Part shown: in pieces, positions 26,366 to 42,037 of the stretch
How positions within the stretch are numbered: the first letter of the stretch is position 1
How the letters are laid out: each line of letters starts with the position of its first letter
Origin: Chrysomallon squamiferum
Lineage: Eukaryota > Animalia > Mollusca
Assembly: GCA_012295275.1 (NCBI GenBank)
Contig: CM022670.1
Coordinates: forward strand, 23,250,001-23,314,000
DNA: 64,000 nt
Direction: 5' to 3'
Made by a program: the position numbers and the translations under genes
Notes under the pieces: model-generated
What the model saw: the letters and a program-made list of their open reading frames with translations, nothing else
Told to the model about the DNA's origin: nothing
Database searches by the model: none

Positions 26366-27715
26366 TATATTTTCTTGGAGTATAATAATATTGATTTATA
26401 ATAAATATCATATATCAGCTATTTAATACAATATGATTTTCTTGGTTTTGTTATCTTTGTATTAAATAAATAAATAAATAATAAGATGGAAACAAATTTG
26501 AAAAGAAAAGAAAGAGTGAAAGTGTGTAAGAAAGAGAGAAACGGATAAATGAACAGAAACTGATTATGAAATAAACAAAGACCGCAGACTTTTTTTAAAT
26601 CTTGATAAAAAGGATATTTCTCTTTGTAATTTAATAAATTTAACACATCGCTGGACTGATTGCCTGCCATCCTAAGTAGCATTGTGAGCCGAGGCTTTGA
26701 ACCAAAACCCTGAAACCGCCTCACCCATGATTGTAAAGCGCACTGGATTTTTTTTTTTTTTTTTTTTTTGTACGAACAAGATCCTCTAGGAAATCCTGCC
26801 TTCTGAATATTTTACCATTTCGTTTAATTGGGCCAAACGCTTTGAGCCTTGGACTAATGAAGCTGCTGTGTGGAAATAATGTTAATTATTGTCAAAGCCG
26901 AGATGCAGCGCGACTTTCGCCCGAGGGATGACCCCCGGGTGGATCGACGGGTACTTGAAAGCCGACACGTGACCCATTAACGATCTCGACCGCCGTGGAA
27001 ATAACAACGACTTCTCCGAAAACGGTTTTAAGTTTCACAGCGACTTTCGGACGTGGTCATTGTCTTGCAAAGCCAATACTTGAATAAATCTTGACTTAAT
27101 GACGTTTCCAGTCGTTTCGTGATTGTCTTTGAGAACCGAATACCTTTCTTTTCTGTTTTTTTTTTTTTTTTTTTTTTTTTTTTCAAGAGAACATAAATTG
27201 CGATAATGGGCGGATATCAATTTACGGTGTAATGCGGTTCTCTTATGCAATACGTCTGCAGCTGTTTACATGTTGTAAATTTATTACATGGAAAATAATG
27301 AAGTGGAGTTACAGAACCGAACAAAGTCATCTGATATTTTCTTTTATTAAACTGTTACGTGTTAATGCAAAGTAACATTTGATTTATCTCTGATTCCGCG
27401 GGGTTGTTGTAATGCTGATAAAGAAATGTCCAGAACGTATTTGATGCTTGTCATAAATATTGTATTATTTATAAGAACGACTGTTGCAAATGTTTATTAT
27501 TGTCTACATGCAGTGTTTGTATTTTTGTGAATAGTCAAGTTTTTATAAATTATGTGTATTTTTAACCGCGCCTAGCCGTCTGCTTGATTCTTGTTAAAAT
27601 AGATTATTTTAGTTTATGCTATTTTCTATTACTATGAAGAAATTAATATTGGAAATAATGTAAGTGTAGTGATGTCAAAAATAAATACATTAGTAAATAA
27701 GTAAATAATAAAATA

Positions 27716-27780
27716 TAATAAAATAAAATAAAATAAAATAAAATAAAATAAAATAAAATAAAGTAAAGTAAAATAGAATA
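27716..27780. repeat. (AAAAT)n microsatellite
   Basis: Pentanucleotide run. Confidence 0.93.
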
Positions 27781-28099
27781 ACGCAGTACAAAGTCAGCCA
27801 CCAAAAACTAATGAACTTTAGATGAACATTTTTGTCTCTTTTAAAAAAAGTCAGTAGCTGAGAGATCTGTGTTTAAAGGGCACAGTACTTCTGAACTTGG
27901 TTCTCTGACGATGAACTAGTTTCTTGAACCGTAATCTACAAGCTGAAATTTGAAAATATTTCTTTTGTCTAGCGAATATTCTGTTATTAATGTTTAAATT
28001 TCAGAACCGTATTTTGAAAACATTTGATATTTGAATTATTATGATAATCATATAGAGAACTGTTTTATGTAGTGAACTTAAATAAATGTTGTTTGATTT

Positions 28100-28130
<31 letters not shown>

Positions 28131-28635
28131 TTTGCTTACTCATTCATTCATTCATTAATAATTTTTTTATAATTTTATTTAAACACAAGTGAGGGAGTAA
28201 AGATTTCAAATCTTCGTAAAAAGTATATGGGATGAGATCTAGGAAGCTTTCAGACTTCAGCAATATAGCGTAATCACAAGCTAACCGAAGCCGATCTATA
28301 CAACATTTGTACCAAGCTGACTCTGAAACGATGTCTATCTTATCTGATGAATTCATGTGGCAAATGGCCGATCTAATGATGACGAGTCTAGACGCTAGAT
28401 CACCTAGTGGCTTCAGCTATAAAGATGTATTTTTATAATGATCTTATGTAAATTAGTGAAGTCCGTGTAGTTCAGTGTCTCAAATTAGTTGTTTTAGGGC
28501 TTCTGTTCGTATCATTAGAACGGATCACCTGTTTCCATCTTTCATTAGTAGTCTTGTATTCGTATGTTTTCACATTAAGTAGAAAATTATAAATATTTAA
28601 TTATTTATCTTATATCAGGTACAATACAGTAGGCC

Positions 28636-28636
<1 letters not shown>

Positions 28637-28705
<69 letters not shown>
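28637..28705. repeat. (AAT)n microsatellite
   Basis: Long perfect run. Confidence 0.97.
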
Positions 28706-28707
<2 letters not shown>

Positions 28708-29487
28708 GTATGGTATAGTAATATTAGTAGTAGTAGAAAGGGTATGCAATAGAAGTGGTATGCAATAACAAGAATAAAACTAAGAGTAAAAAATAATTAC
28801 ATATTCATTTTCGAAGATGAACCATGAATTAATTGTAATTCTTCGTGCAATGTTTTCATTCACGATATGATCTAGTAACAATAGATTAGCAACCGATTTT
28901 AAAAATAAGACAACATTTGACAAACAATGAACCCAGCAATTGAAAAGGTCACGAGATTATTTTGCAAAAGCAGATAAAAAAATTAAATGGATTCACACGT
29001 AGTAATGACTATTTGGTATCTCCTTCTATCATCATCGTGTCCGCCATGATGAAAACAATTGAACGCGTCTTCGTTCTCTGAATTTTACTCGGACCCCAAA
29101 ACGGGCGGGAATGTTGTCACTGTCGTCTGCTAGAGATAACGTCAGAGATCAATTGGCAAGAGCTTTTATCGCACTCACATGTCGTATTCGTGATGATTAG
29201 CAGAAGGGTTTTTCACAGGATCATCATTAGCGAGTGTCACTCCCAGGGAAAGTGATGGACAAGCCTCTGTTATTATTGCTACACATTTGAAGTTCTTCGT
29301 AATCAGGACAAACAATTTTCTTAAATACCCTTGTGAGGAAGACTTGTCCTCTGAAGTGTGGATATTTACCCAAAATAACACTCGGAATTGTTTTTCATTT
29401 TTATCTGAAAGTCATTAATCATTACTTTGTTTTTTTGTCATGTCATATGGTATTATAAATGATCCTATGTCGTAGTAAACTTGCTCA

Positions 29488-29705
29488 AACCATACCACAC
29501 CACATCATACTATGTCATACCATACCACATCACACCCCAGAACATCCCACAACACCATACCACACCAGACCATACCATACCATACCATACCATACCATAC
29601 CATACCATACCATACCATACCATACCATACCATACCATACCATACCATACCATATCACACCACACCACACACCACCACCACACCACACCACAGCATACCA
29701 CAAAA
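29488..29705. repeat. (ACCAT)n pentanucleotide microsatellite with degenerate (ACCAC)n flanks
   Basis: Perfect cataccatac core about 29569-29653; source of the PYHTI/MVWYG ORFs. Confidence 0.96.
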
Positions 29706-30421
29706 CCGCGCAACACCATTCAGTCAATACAGTCCAGGACACCACATAACTGTTGTCTCTACCATATCATTAATTTATATCATACGATATCATTTCTTAA
29801 ATTACATTAACACCTCTGACAGAACAGTTTAACAAGAATGCAAGAAATGCTCCAGACATCCAACCTCTAATTTGTAATATAAAAAATAACCCCTAAAAAA
29901 CAGAAAAAAAACAACAACTGCATAGTATAAGAAAATCATCGCAGTTTATTAACTCCCTCATTGGAATTCTCTCCAGACATGTTTTTTTTATTTCCAATTT
30001 TCAATATTCACAAATACGACCAGACTAATAGCTCTTGGCTGGGTATAAACTGCGCGGGAAGGAAATGGTCGTGCGCGCCATGGCGACTGTCATTAAAACA
30101 GCTCGCACCGAAGAAAGGAGGACACGAAAAGAGCTAATGATACCACATTGTGACCATGACAGACAAATTGCCAATGATTACCCATTCAGTTGTGAGAAGA
30201 ACCAAGTTCCCTAATCAAGAGCTCAAAACGGCAACACTGCTGTCCTCTCCGTCTGTAATAACACGTTACACACAACCTGGCAAGTCAGCTAGACGTAAGA
30301 GTGTACGAGGTGCTAATGATTTCGTTTACAGAAACAAGTGTTTTCAGTATGACTGACTAGTTTCAGAAAGGTCAACATATACGAAGATGCCTTTCAGGAT
30401 TTTTTCTGAACTTGTATTGGC

Positions 30422-30702
<281 letters not shown>

Positions 30703-31419
30703 CGTGCGTGTTTATTTTTCATAATTGTATAAGACGTACATAAGATGATGCATTAATAAAAATAATTATCTATTATTTCGGTAATCACGTTTCATAATAC
30801 AACCTGTCAGTGCTACGTTGTTAATCATACACAACAGCCATTTCGGTCATATTGTCATCATGTATATTTGTCGATTGTAGTAAAACGAAACTAACATTTC
30901 GCTTCAGTTATATTCACACATTTAACCACTATTAGTTAAATAGGATGTATTATAATCTAGATGGAACACACACAAAAAAAAAGGGAGAAAAATTCCACTA
31001 ATCTCTAACAATTAATCTCACTAGACGGGGATCATCGCCAGGGAGGCAGTGTCATCCATATCGTTCTGAAAAACCAGCGTGATATAGACTAGATTTATTT
31101 ATTTAAAGATAATCAAATTAGAGACAGATGTTATTATCAATATTTCCCACTTGACTTGTTCCTCGCGAAGTGTTTCGAATTTCATCCGTTCAGACAGAAA
31201 GATAGACATCATTAAAGAGAGTCTAAACCGTAAGGAAATGTATGTGAAGGACTGCCTCTTAGATCCGCATTTATGTCTGGGCTGTTACCATAAACATTTA
31301 TTTATTTATTTATTTAGTGGGTCGAAATACTACATTTAATTCTGATTTTGTAATAAAGGTATTAAATAAGCTATCGTTATATTAAAGATATTGGTGGATG
31401 TATACAAAAATGTATATAT

Positions 31420-31420
<1 letters not shown>

Positions 31421-31453
<33 letters not shown>

Positions 31454-31492
31454 TAATAATAATGATGATGATAATGATAATGATAATGATGA

Positions 31493-31557
<65 letters not shown>

Positions 31558-31575
31558 AAGGAAAAGGAGGAGGTG
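31421..31575. repeat. compound (AAT)n-(GAT)n-(AAG)n microsatellite
   Basis: Direct observation. Confidence 0.95.
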
Positions 31576-32137
31576 AAGAAAAAGAACAATACACAACAAC
31601 AACAGGAACTGTATGAATTTACCCGCAAAAATAATAAATAATAAAATTTACAAAAATGCTGTTCTGCTGATGACAAAGAAACAACATGAAAACAATAAGA
31701 AAACACCTTCTAAATTCATTTATGCAATATATCTCACTGACTTGTTTCCATACTTTTCTTTTTTTTTTTGTTTGTTTTTAGTGTTTCAGACAACATATAG
31801 GAAAATGTTTAGTGGCTGGGAATGAATTAATATTTATATATGACCGCTACGTTACCGCTACGTTACCGCTCCACGCTCCCCCCCACGGCGTTAATGTCAG
31901 ATATCTCTTTATGGTCGGAATAATTAACGTCCGTAGAATGTGTAGTGCCATTCTTATGTAGATACACAATAAACTATCGTTTTATGTTGATTACACTAAA
32001 TAGGTTCATTCCATAAACATTTTGATTGTCGAGTAAACTTTTCGTCTTGTCAGTGTTAATGTTTGGTGAAAATGTTTATGGTTTTTAGATATATATGAAT
32101 AAATGGATACATACGTTCACAAGCACACATATATATA

Positions 32138-32357
32138 GATACATACATACATACATACATACATACATACATACATACATACAGACATACATACATACAT
32201 ACATACACATATACATACACATACGTACATACGTAGGGGCATACATACGTACAAACATACATACACACATACATATATACACACATACATGCATGCATAC
32301 ATACATACATACATACATACATACATACATACATGCATACATACATACATACATACA
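32138..32357. repeat. degenerate (ACAT)n microsatellite
   Basis: Source of the MYVC/HTYI ORFs. Confidence 0.95.
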
Positions 32358-34204
32358 CGAAAAGATATGATTGTAATCATCAGAACGGTCAATATTTGAC
32401 GTTATTATTCTTCTGTTTTCATTTTACTGTTCCTTCTTTGTTTTTAATCACAAATAAAATGATAATTACTTGTGAATGTTTGTAAACTCAACATCTAACT
32501 GTGCTTGTGTTCAGATTATGCATCATATAAACAGAGACTGTCTAAAAGATATTCTCACTGTGATAAAGAAAACTGAGTGACAGATTCCTTAATAGAATTT
32601 TGTTTTTTGTAATTTTGAAATTTTGTTTTTTTACAATAACCTTATGTTGATTTATAGTTTATTTCACTTTCAAAAAATTAATTTTCATGTTATTATTTAT
32701 TGTTTTATTTATAAAATATTTCCTTACAGCATTTCAGAATTTTTTTTTTGGTGTTATAACAAAAGAAAAGCAGGGCATGAACAATGTGATGATGTACACG
32801 CCAATAAATAATGCACGTGTTCTTAAAAGAAAGAAAATAGCTTTTAAAAAAGGCTTTTTTATGCGATTCAATTATTAATGGCTTACAATATCGGTTCACG
32901 TCACTCGTTCCTCAAGAACGTGGCAAAGGTGAAGAATTTGTGGTTTATATGGTTCGGATTCAAAACGTTCTGGTTTTAAAAGTTGTCAATGTGATAGTAA
33001 ATTAAAACCCGAGAAACCATTAAAAGAAACTCTGAAAAATAGTTAGTCAAGTGCAGACCTCTGGAAGGTGTTGTAAAATTTATATTCAGTTCTTTGTTTT
33101 AGTTGGGGTTTCTTTTTTGTCTTCACAATATTTGGATTCTCTTCCAAAACGGATGGAAAAACAAATTCAGATGTAGATTTAGTTCAATAAAAGCTGTTGT
33201 TTTAGTTCTTTGTTGTGCAGTCTGAAATGAATTTAGAAAATATTTTAAAATCGTGAGATCCGCGGTCATGCCGACTGATTTTTTTATGTTTAAGATAAAA
33301 TTGTCTTTTATACAAATTTTACGCATATATTCACGCATACGCACAGACACAGAGACCCAAACATAAACGTACGCATGCTCATACGCATAAACGAAACTAC
33401 ATGAAAACTGATTGGGATAGAAAATACTAATATTTAAAAACAGTTTTAAATCTGAAACAGAAAAACATGATATTAACATGAAATTGAAATAACCATATTT
33501 TCAAATGTTTCAGCTTTGTTTAGAATTTAATGTTTGCTTTTTCATTTAAATAGTTTTGCAAGGACTGCTATATAATATGAAGTAAGGAGGAAGTTAAAAC
33601 GATTTTTTAGAAAAGAAATAACAACAACAACAACAACAATAATAATAATAATAATAATAGTAATAATAATAAAAGTAATAGCAAAACAACATTTTATATT
33701 TTGTTTTTATTCATATATATATATATATAACATTGTATATTTTGTTTTTATTCAAGCTTTAAAACAGCATAAGATCTGGCTAAAGATATGTTTTACTAAA
33801 CAGGCAGGAAATGGTGTTAAAATAATGAAACAGTAGATGCGTAACAATTTTTAAACCGTTTCTGAAGTGCGATATCAAAGGTGGGTGGTCTTGTTAAACT
33901 GGCTATCAACGTTCAAGCGGTATTTGGTTACACAACCAGTGACTTTAATAGTCTCAGAAGAATTAAAACGTTTGATATGAAATAATTTATGTAACCTTTT
34001 GGCGTTTACACAGGTAACTAAATACACGTTTATACTTGAAGGAAAAATACATCATTGTTGGTTGGTTTTATTGTATGTTTACGGCTTGGTAACTATTCAG
34101 AATATTCATAGTTATCGCTGCGTAGAGTTTGTACTTAATGGTAAGCGAACTGGAAAAATATCTATCTTTATATCGATGTCTATATCTACATCAGTATCAA
34201 TATC

Positions 34205-34314
34205 TAAATCTATATCCATATCCATATCCATATCCATATCCATATCCATATCCATATCCATATCCATATCCATATCCATATCCATATCCATATGCATATC
34301 GATATCCATATCCA
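34205..34314. repeat. (ATATCC)n hexanucleotide microsatellite
   Basis: Perfect tccata core about 34212-34292. Confidence 0.96.
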
Positions 34315-36599
34315 TCTCTTTATCTAACTGTCTGTCGGTCTGTCAGTCTGTCTATTTATATGTGTATGTGTGTGTGTGTGTGTGTATTTATGTATTTATT
34401 TATTTATTTATTTATGTATTTATGTATTTATGTACGTATGTATATATGTGTGTATGGATGGATGGATTCAGGACAGAACCCTATATGACAAAATCCATCC
34501 ATTAATTAGAATTCGGGGCTAACCACCAGTCAGAAATATATCTAACTTGTCTTCAAAATAAAAGTGTTTTCTAATTCAGATTTTGATCCTGTATATTATC
34601 ACTGTGTTTATGTATGATATACACTGAAAAACAACAATAATGAAATAAATATTTGACAATTGCTTGGTAACCATGCGTCACATTCATAATATATATGAAC
34701 CCTTCATCTAATGGAATGATTTTTATTACACTGACAGTAAGTGCTCGGAATGAGGCGCCAACATGTACGAATTATACAGCAAATAATTGTACCCAAAATG
34801 TAATCGATTTTTCAGACACCTTGATCATTTGTGACAGCACTAAAATACACCAAAACATGAATTGTCAAAGGAATCAGAGAAGCAGTTTGTTAACCATTAA
34901 ATTATAATATATATATAAATACACACATACAAACACACACACACACACATACACACACAAACACACACAAACATATACATCCATATAATAAACACAGAAA
35001 CAATCACACATACAGACGCATATAATCTGATAATACAGACGAGTTAGTTAATGATTTAAAAAGCACTGTTCTGTATTGTACTATTTTATTTTACTTTATA
35101 CCACATTAAATTACGTTGAGAAACTTACTGCAGTAATACACAGACCAGTGTTAAACAAGTATTGATGAAAAATATAAAGTCCACAGCTTACGACAATATG
35201 AACAGGTGAAAACATATTTGTCATACGCACTTTATTATTGACTTCAGTTTCCAGGTAACGCGAACACCTGCAGATACCTTTCACACTGTCCCTAATTATC
35301 ACCTGTCACCAGCCTGTAATACACATTTCTATTTTTTCCTGAGTTATGTGTTACTTCAAAAGAAACACGCTCCACCTGTCTCACTGTTCTTTATAAGATA
35401 CCAATATATTGAGTAACTGTCACGTCCAGCAATGACGTGACTACGTTACTGATTTGGTTTTCATCTGTCTAGCCATCGATACACCCGTGAATTCATCTAT
35501 AAAGTTATTTATCTTAATAAGCAGATATCGTCGCATGTTCATCTATGTAAAGATCCATCTGGTCTCTTATTAACATTATACAACATGGATCAATCAGTCC
35601 AGTCAATTTTTCAATAGGTGATACATGCACATTACCATCAACCCAATCATTCCGTTAGTTCATCCATCTGTCCTCAGGTTACTGAACCATCATCAATCCT
35701 TTTGTTCGTCTGTTCTTCGGTCAGTAAGTCCACAGATCTACCCATTCATCTGTTTTTTTTTTCTGACCCGCCGCTCTCGGCTCTGAAATCGAAAGAATAT
35801 TAACGTGTGTTTATATTAACAAATGTTTTTCTTCCACTTAAAAAAGAAAATCTAGCTAGCATTTGTCGCAGGTCGTATTCTGTTACAGCTAATGGTACTT
35901 AGAGCAATCCCACAGTTTCAGGGAGCAATCCACGACTAGAGAAAAAGGGGTCAAACAAAGATGCAGAAAACAACAGTAGCTAAAATACAGTTAATGGGTA
36001 TAATGGTGAAGCTGTTATAAACAAACACCAGTTGTTAAAATAATTTTAAACATATAATAATTATAAAATTAAAAATAAAAATAAATTATAAAATAAAAGG
36101 TAAGAACGTGTCAGATTATGCTCTCCTCTAATCCGCCCATGAATCTGACATCGTCTGTTATGATCAGTGATGTTGATCTGTTTTTCCTGATATCGACAAC
36201 AAGTCTTAATGTGATATCTGATACAAGAATAAACACGGTGGACAAACAAAACGAAAAACATCCGATATCGATCAGCTTCAAATGCAAAATTATCTCCCTT
36301 CTCCCAAGCGGAAACAGCAATCGACATCTTGTCGTATTACTGGTATATCGAAGCAAACGCCATGTTGTTTGTATACGTATCGATTTGAACTTCTTGACTA
36401 GAATTAATTATGACACAAAAATAAACAGGCAATATAATATGCAACAGACTATGATTATTTTATTTATATGTTGATATATTTAGCAAAACCGGTTATCAAA
36501 ATAATGTAAAACCTCCAGCTAATTATTCACTCACTTATTTATAGAACGTACTGATTAGATATGTTTTATACGCAATAACTTAATTGCATTTTATTACTA

Positions 36600-36641
<42 letters not shown>

Positions 36642-37967
36642 TTTAAGGTACAAAAAAAAAAAAAAATTGAAGTATCGGCCTATATAATAGAATATTTTTT
36701 CTATTAAATGTAATGCAAACATGAAGATAAATTTCAGTTCTTTTGTTTTTTTTGTTGTTTTTTTTAAATTTAGATAGATACTTAAATTTCCATAATAACA
36801 ACTTTCTAAGTCACGTACGATTTCTAATCTACGTATTCAGTTTTGTTTTCTCTTTTTCTTTTATTTAGTGAAATAAGCTTGAATCGTATTTCGCTGAAGA
36901 CAAGCACGAAAATATTTTGTTATTTTACGATTCATTAGTGCAACTTTAAACCATTTGTTATAATTCTGTGTAGGCATTTGTGATTTGTGTACGAGCCTTG
37001 GGGCGTTGGCGTTGATTAATCGCAAAGAATATCGCAAATAGGAAAACGCACAGACAAACAAGAGAGACAGAACGGAGTATGTGTGTTAAAACCATTTAGC
37101 CTAATATACATTTATTATCGACGTCAGTCGTTACGTGAAAATTGTCTACATTTGGAAATTAGCGATTCTCCCGCCTCGCTGCTTTCTATTTATTCCCACT
37201 TCCAGGCTGACTTCAGAACTTCAGACAGAGCGTATCAAATGTCACCTTCCAGGAACCGCCTGTAAGATATTTCTGGCTTTTCGGGCATAAAACGAAACCA
37301 TGCGACGCAAATGGTTAGTAAAGATAACGGCGGAACGTGTTGCGAAATGGTTAAAGTTAGTCAGTGTGATTTGCGATGGAATCTCGTGAAAGGTCGTGTA
37401 ATGGTACCTGGCGGTTGTAAAGAGGTTCCCAAACGCACAAATCAATACTGACAACACTTAGGCTTCTGTTAAGTCGTTTAGGCTGACATCGTTTCAAAAC
37501 ACCGATTTGTATCACGGGACGCGATGGTTAGCATTGCAGAGGCATTAAGGTGCTTCCCTGAACATTATTGCATGCAGTACATTACGTTTACAGCGCTCGT
37601 TTACAGTTCTTTAAGGAATACGACTCGGAAGCGTATTCTGGTTACATCACCCAATTTAGTTATTCTTGTTTAGACAGAGTGATGACGAGGTTGTTAGAAA
37701 ATAGAACAAGTCAGCGTATGGGTTTTTTTATATTTTTATTTTTGATCCAGTTGGAAGTGTGAATTGTGAACAGAATTAATAACAGCAATAGTAACAGAAA
37801 CAGTAATAGTAAAACTAAAAAAAGTAATATGTATAGTAATAGTAATAGTAACAACAACAAGAACAATAATAATAATGAAAAGAAGAAGAAGAAGAAGAAA
37901 ATGAAGTAGGAAAGAATAACGAGAAACAGTGATTATGAAGATGATAGTGATAATATGTTCATATTTC

Positions 37968-38050
37968 AGTTATTATTATTATTATAGTTGTTGTTGTTGT
38001 TTTTGTTGTTATTGTTGTTGTTGTTGTTATTATTATTATTATTATTATTA
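37968..38050. repeat. compound (ATT)n/(GTT)n microsatellite
   Basis: Direct observation. Confidence 0.93.
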
Positions 38051-38442
38051 CATGACTTTTTGTCAGATAAAAGCTGGTTCATTTGATCGCACACGCAGCA
38101 TGTCTAGATAAATTTGAGTTTGAATTTTGATTGCTCCTAACAGTAATTCTCTTCTGAAGCCTCATCCGTATTTTATATTAAGTCACGTGCGTACAAGCGT
38201 GGATGTGAAGTCACTGAAGCGGAAAAACGGATAATTAGTGAATTGATTGAAAACAAAATGTAATGTGTTTTATCGACGTGTTTCTTTCACGTACTGTGTG
38301 TGACTAAACAGCGAGTCAAAATCATTGTTTGAACAGACTTTTTAAAATCTACACTGACGCTCGAGCAGTTTGTAGGTCAGTGTATTTCAGTCCAAACAAA
38401 AACCTAATAACAGTGCTTACAAATAATTTCAGATGTCGGTGA

Positions 38443-38527
38443 AATAAAACAAACAAACAAGCAAACTAAATAAATAAATAAATATATAAATATATAAAAA
38501 CTAAATAAATAAATAAAATAAATAAAA

Positions 38528-38595
<68 letters not shown>

Positions 38596-38597
38596 AA

Positions 38598-38644
<47 letters not shown>

Positions 38645-38712
38645 ATATAATTAAAAAAATAAATAAATAAAATTAAAAAAATAATAAAAAATATAAAAAA
38701 ATAAAACAAAAA
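38443..38712. repeat. (AAAT)n microsatellite and A-rich tract
   Basis: Direct observation. Confidence 0.95.
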
Positions 38713-41571
38713 AGAGAGACAAATTTGATGTTTTTTGCAGAGAGGGAAAAAACGTTTGCTAGTGAAGAAAATAATTATACTCCAACAGTTAGTAGTATTT
38801 TTGTCTGTTCCATTTTATTTGTTCTTGTTGTTCTTTCATTCTTCTTCTTCTTTAGTGAAAGATTTTTATTTAAAGAGAAGTAAAACGAAAAACCAACAGT
38901 TTATTTCAGTGGAAAATACCCAAGCGCGAGCTCTGTCATAGGCGACGTTAATGGATACTGGAAAAGAAGTATTGATGAAGACGAGAACTGTTTTTATTAT
39001 TTGTTATCTCCTGCAGAGCCTACATGCTTCAACAATCGGCTATTGTGTTTTAAATATCTGTCTGTTCGTCTTCGTAGCTGGAAATAGAAGCAGAGAAAAA
39101 AAAAAAAAAAAAAAGGTTTGGTTTGAGAACGGAGTCGTCTGCATGGAACAACACAAAGAAACTGTAAAACACCGTGGAATTAAATTGCCGTTTTCTTTGT
39201 CGTTTTAACAAACTGCATGCTGAGTTTGGGAAGACGGATGAAAAGTGTGTTTGTGTTGTTTTGTTTAGTTTCTTTTATTTTGCTTCGTTTTTCAACTCTC
39301 TGGGTGTTCTGAATAATAAAATAGAATAATTGCAAATGCATGTCTATACCGAACGGAACGTAATCACCATTGTCTCTGAAACAGTGGAAGAAACACGATT
39401 TCTGTCCAATAATGAATATATATATGTGCGTACGTATGTATGTGAGTGTATGCATGTGTAAATCTAGGAATGCATTATTATATATTTTTAAAACAGTTGT
39501 ATTCAGTTTTTGCAGATTGTAGTCAAATGTTACTAGCCCACAATTTGTTTTTAATGTACTCACAACAAACAATAGTGGTCAAAAGGTACAAATATCCAGT
39601 TAGTAATGTAAAAATATTTTCTAAATCTGAACGCAAATCTGTTAACGCTTTACAAATTGATGACTGCGAGACTCAAGACAATCGTGTATCTATACAGTTA
39701 ACTTTTAGTTATATTTCGCGATGCTGATAAGCAATTAAACTTATTTTCGCGAACAGTTTCCTTAAAATTGCCGCATTGTTGACCAGATCAAATACCAACC
39801 ACCGTTCATATGTTCAAAAGATTTTAAAATTAGTATTTAAAATGATTCAGAAATCTAACTTGAAAGAGTAAAAAAGTATCTTCATTAACATATAACGAGC
39901 CATTAGTTTCAGATTTGTTTTTTTCTATGATTCTGAGAAAGGGATTTAAAAAAGAAAGAGAGGGAAGTAAACAGAATTTTGTATTTAACTTCAAATAAGT
40001 TCTTTAAAGTTTTCTTATTGAACGATAGTTAAAAGACCAGGTGTTCTTCAACACAGATATGCTAGGTGCTGACAAACCATTTCCAGCGCTGAGCGATTTA
40101 AAAGATGGGAGAAGAAAGATTTTGATCTATTCTTACTCGGGGAAAAAAAAAAAATCGAAAGTAGCTTTCTTGTGTTGGTTTTTCCACCCTTTTCCACTGC
40201 AGACATCTCGTATTTCTTCCACCTTCGCAGTATGTGGTCTTGGCTATGAAGGAGCAAGCGAAGAACGATATATAAACACAAAACAGTCTTAAACGATTTT
40301 TTATGATTGTAAATATACAGACCGAGTCAGCTGGTGTCACTATCTGCAGACGCAAAGCTGAAACTGAGGCTCAGCGGAAGCAATGATATCTCTCCAGTGG
40401 ATCAGCTGCATTTTTATTTAAATACCAGTATTACTAATGCAATTTTTTTTTTAATAATTAGTGAAAAATAAAAAAAATTATAAAACGGTGTCTAAATCCG
40501 ATTAAAAGTAAGTAATATGAAATTTATATTAAATTTATTAAATAATTTTGCTTAATTTTTTAGTTATTTTCCTAGGGGACGCATTTTTGTTTAATTTTCT
40601 TTATAAGAAAAAGAAAAAAAAAAAATTATGGAATTAATAATACATTTTTCCTCACTAGTTTGTGTTATTGCAATGTGAACAACTCCTACATTGATATGTG
40701 ATAACGACTCAGCTTTTCATAAATATATATTAAATAGAAATTTACGTATGCTGAAGACTACTAACCCTTGTGTTCGTAGTTCCTTATGAAACATTAATAA
40801 GTTGGTCGTTGTAAAACAAGCATCTGTTTCTCACTTTTCTGTCTACTAACAGACCGTCCCCACTAATTGGCTGAAGACTGCATGTGTCCAGACCAGCTGC
40901 TTGAAAAAGAACTCGGACATAGGCTAGAATATAAGCAAAAAAATCCCAACAACATGAACTAGAATATTGAAAGATTATGACAAGTGGTATCTGCTGATAG
41001 ATCAAGACACCTGGTATGGAAGATACACGTTGTTTCAGCTCTCGAGATCCAGACAAATTACTAGTCGCCATAATGCTGGGAAAACACAGAACAAAGCATG
41101 CCATACTCTTGTCTATAGACACACTTGCGATTCTCATCTCCTGCTAAACTGATCGGTTGATTGCCGCTCAAATAGGTGATGACTACTGCTTTCCTAATGT
41201 CATTCATCAGTCGAGGCAGAGGGCTAGTTAAAAATAACAGGGAAAGAAAAAAAAAAAAAAAAACAAGTGCAAAATACAAGGTAAAGTCTGATAACGTATT
41301 GAATGGTGATGTTTTGAGTAGTAAGCTTATAGTTCCCGGGAATGCTGGAGTCAGCTGCTGAGGTCTTCAGGTTTCAATACTTCCTTTATCACTGCACCTT
41401 TGACTTTCTATAGAACATTGGTTCGCATTCAGTTCTGTTTATCTCCAAACACACGCGCGCGCAGTCACACACACACACACATACAGACACACATTATTGA
41501 TAACGGTGCGGTTTGTATAATTTGTCAAGTGTTTTATCCCTTGTATATTGTGCATGTTATAATAATGATGA

Positions 41572-41616
41572 TATTATCATCATCATCATCATCATCATTA
41601 TCACTATTATTATTAC

Positions 41617-41662
<46 letters not shown>

Positions 41663-41675
41663 GTTATTATTATTT
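41572..41675. repeat. compound (ATC)n-(ATT)n microsatellite
   Basis: Direct observation. Confidence 0.95.
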
Positions 41676-42037
41676 TCCATCCCTGTCAGCGGCAGTGTTT
41701 TATGGGTTTTGTTATTTTTTTGTTTGTTATGGAAACTTTTATTTTAAAAATTACAGCTTTTTAAATCATGCATGTTACTTAATGTTAAGTATGGCGCCAC
41801 ATTACATCTACTAAAAAATATATCGTCTGCCTCTTTAAATCAAATATTTATTCATCATCATCATACCTGCCGTTCAGTTAGCTATGTTTCTAATTTCGTA
41901 ACATTTATTTTTTATACTTTGTTAAAGTCGTTATGTAGACGTCTTTAATCAACTATAGCTGTAAAAACAAGAACAACTAAAAATGTCTGTGTGTGAATTT
42001 ATTTATGTGTGTTTGTGTAATTGTATATCAGTGTATA

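Noticed and set aside
26686-26745. Minus-strand B-box-like GGTTCAAAGCC (tRNA or SINE head)
   Set aside because: No A box at suitable spacing, no cloverleaf, no second copy in the window
34458-34503. 11-bp inverted repeat ATGGATGGATT...AATCCATCCAT
   Set aside because: Made of (ATGG)n simple-repeat units; stem too short for a pre-miRNA or MITE call
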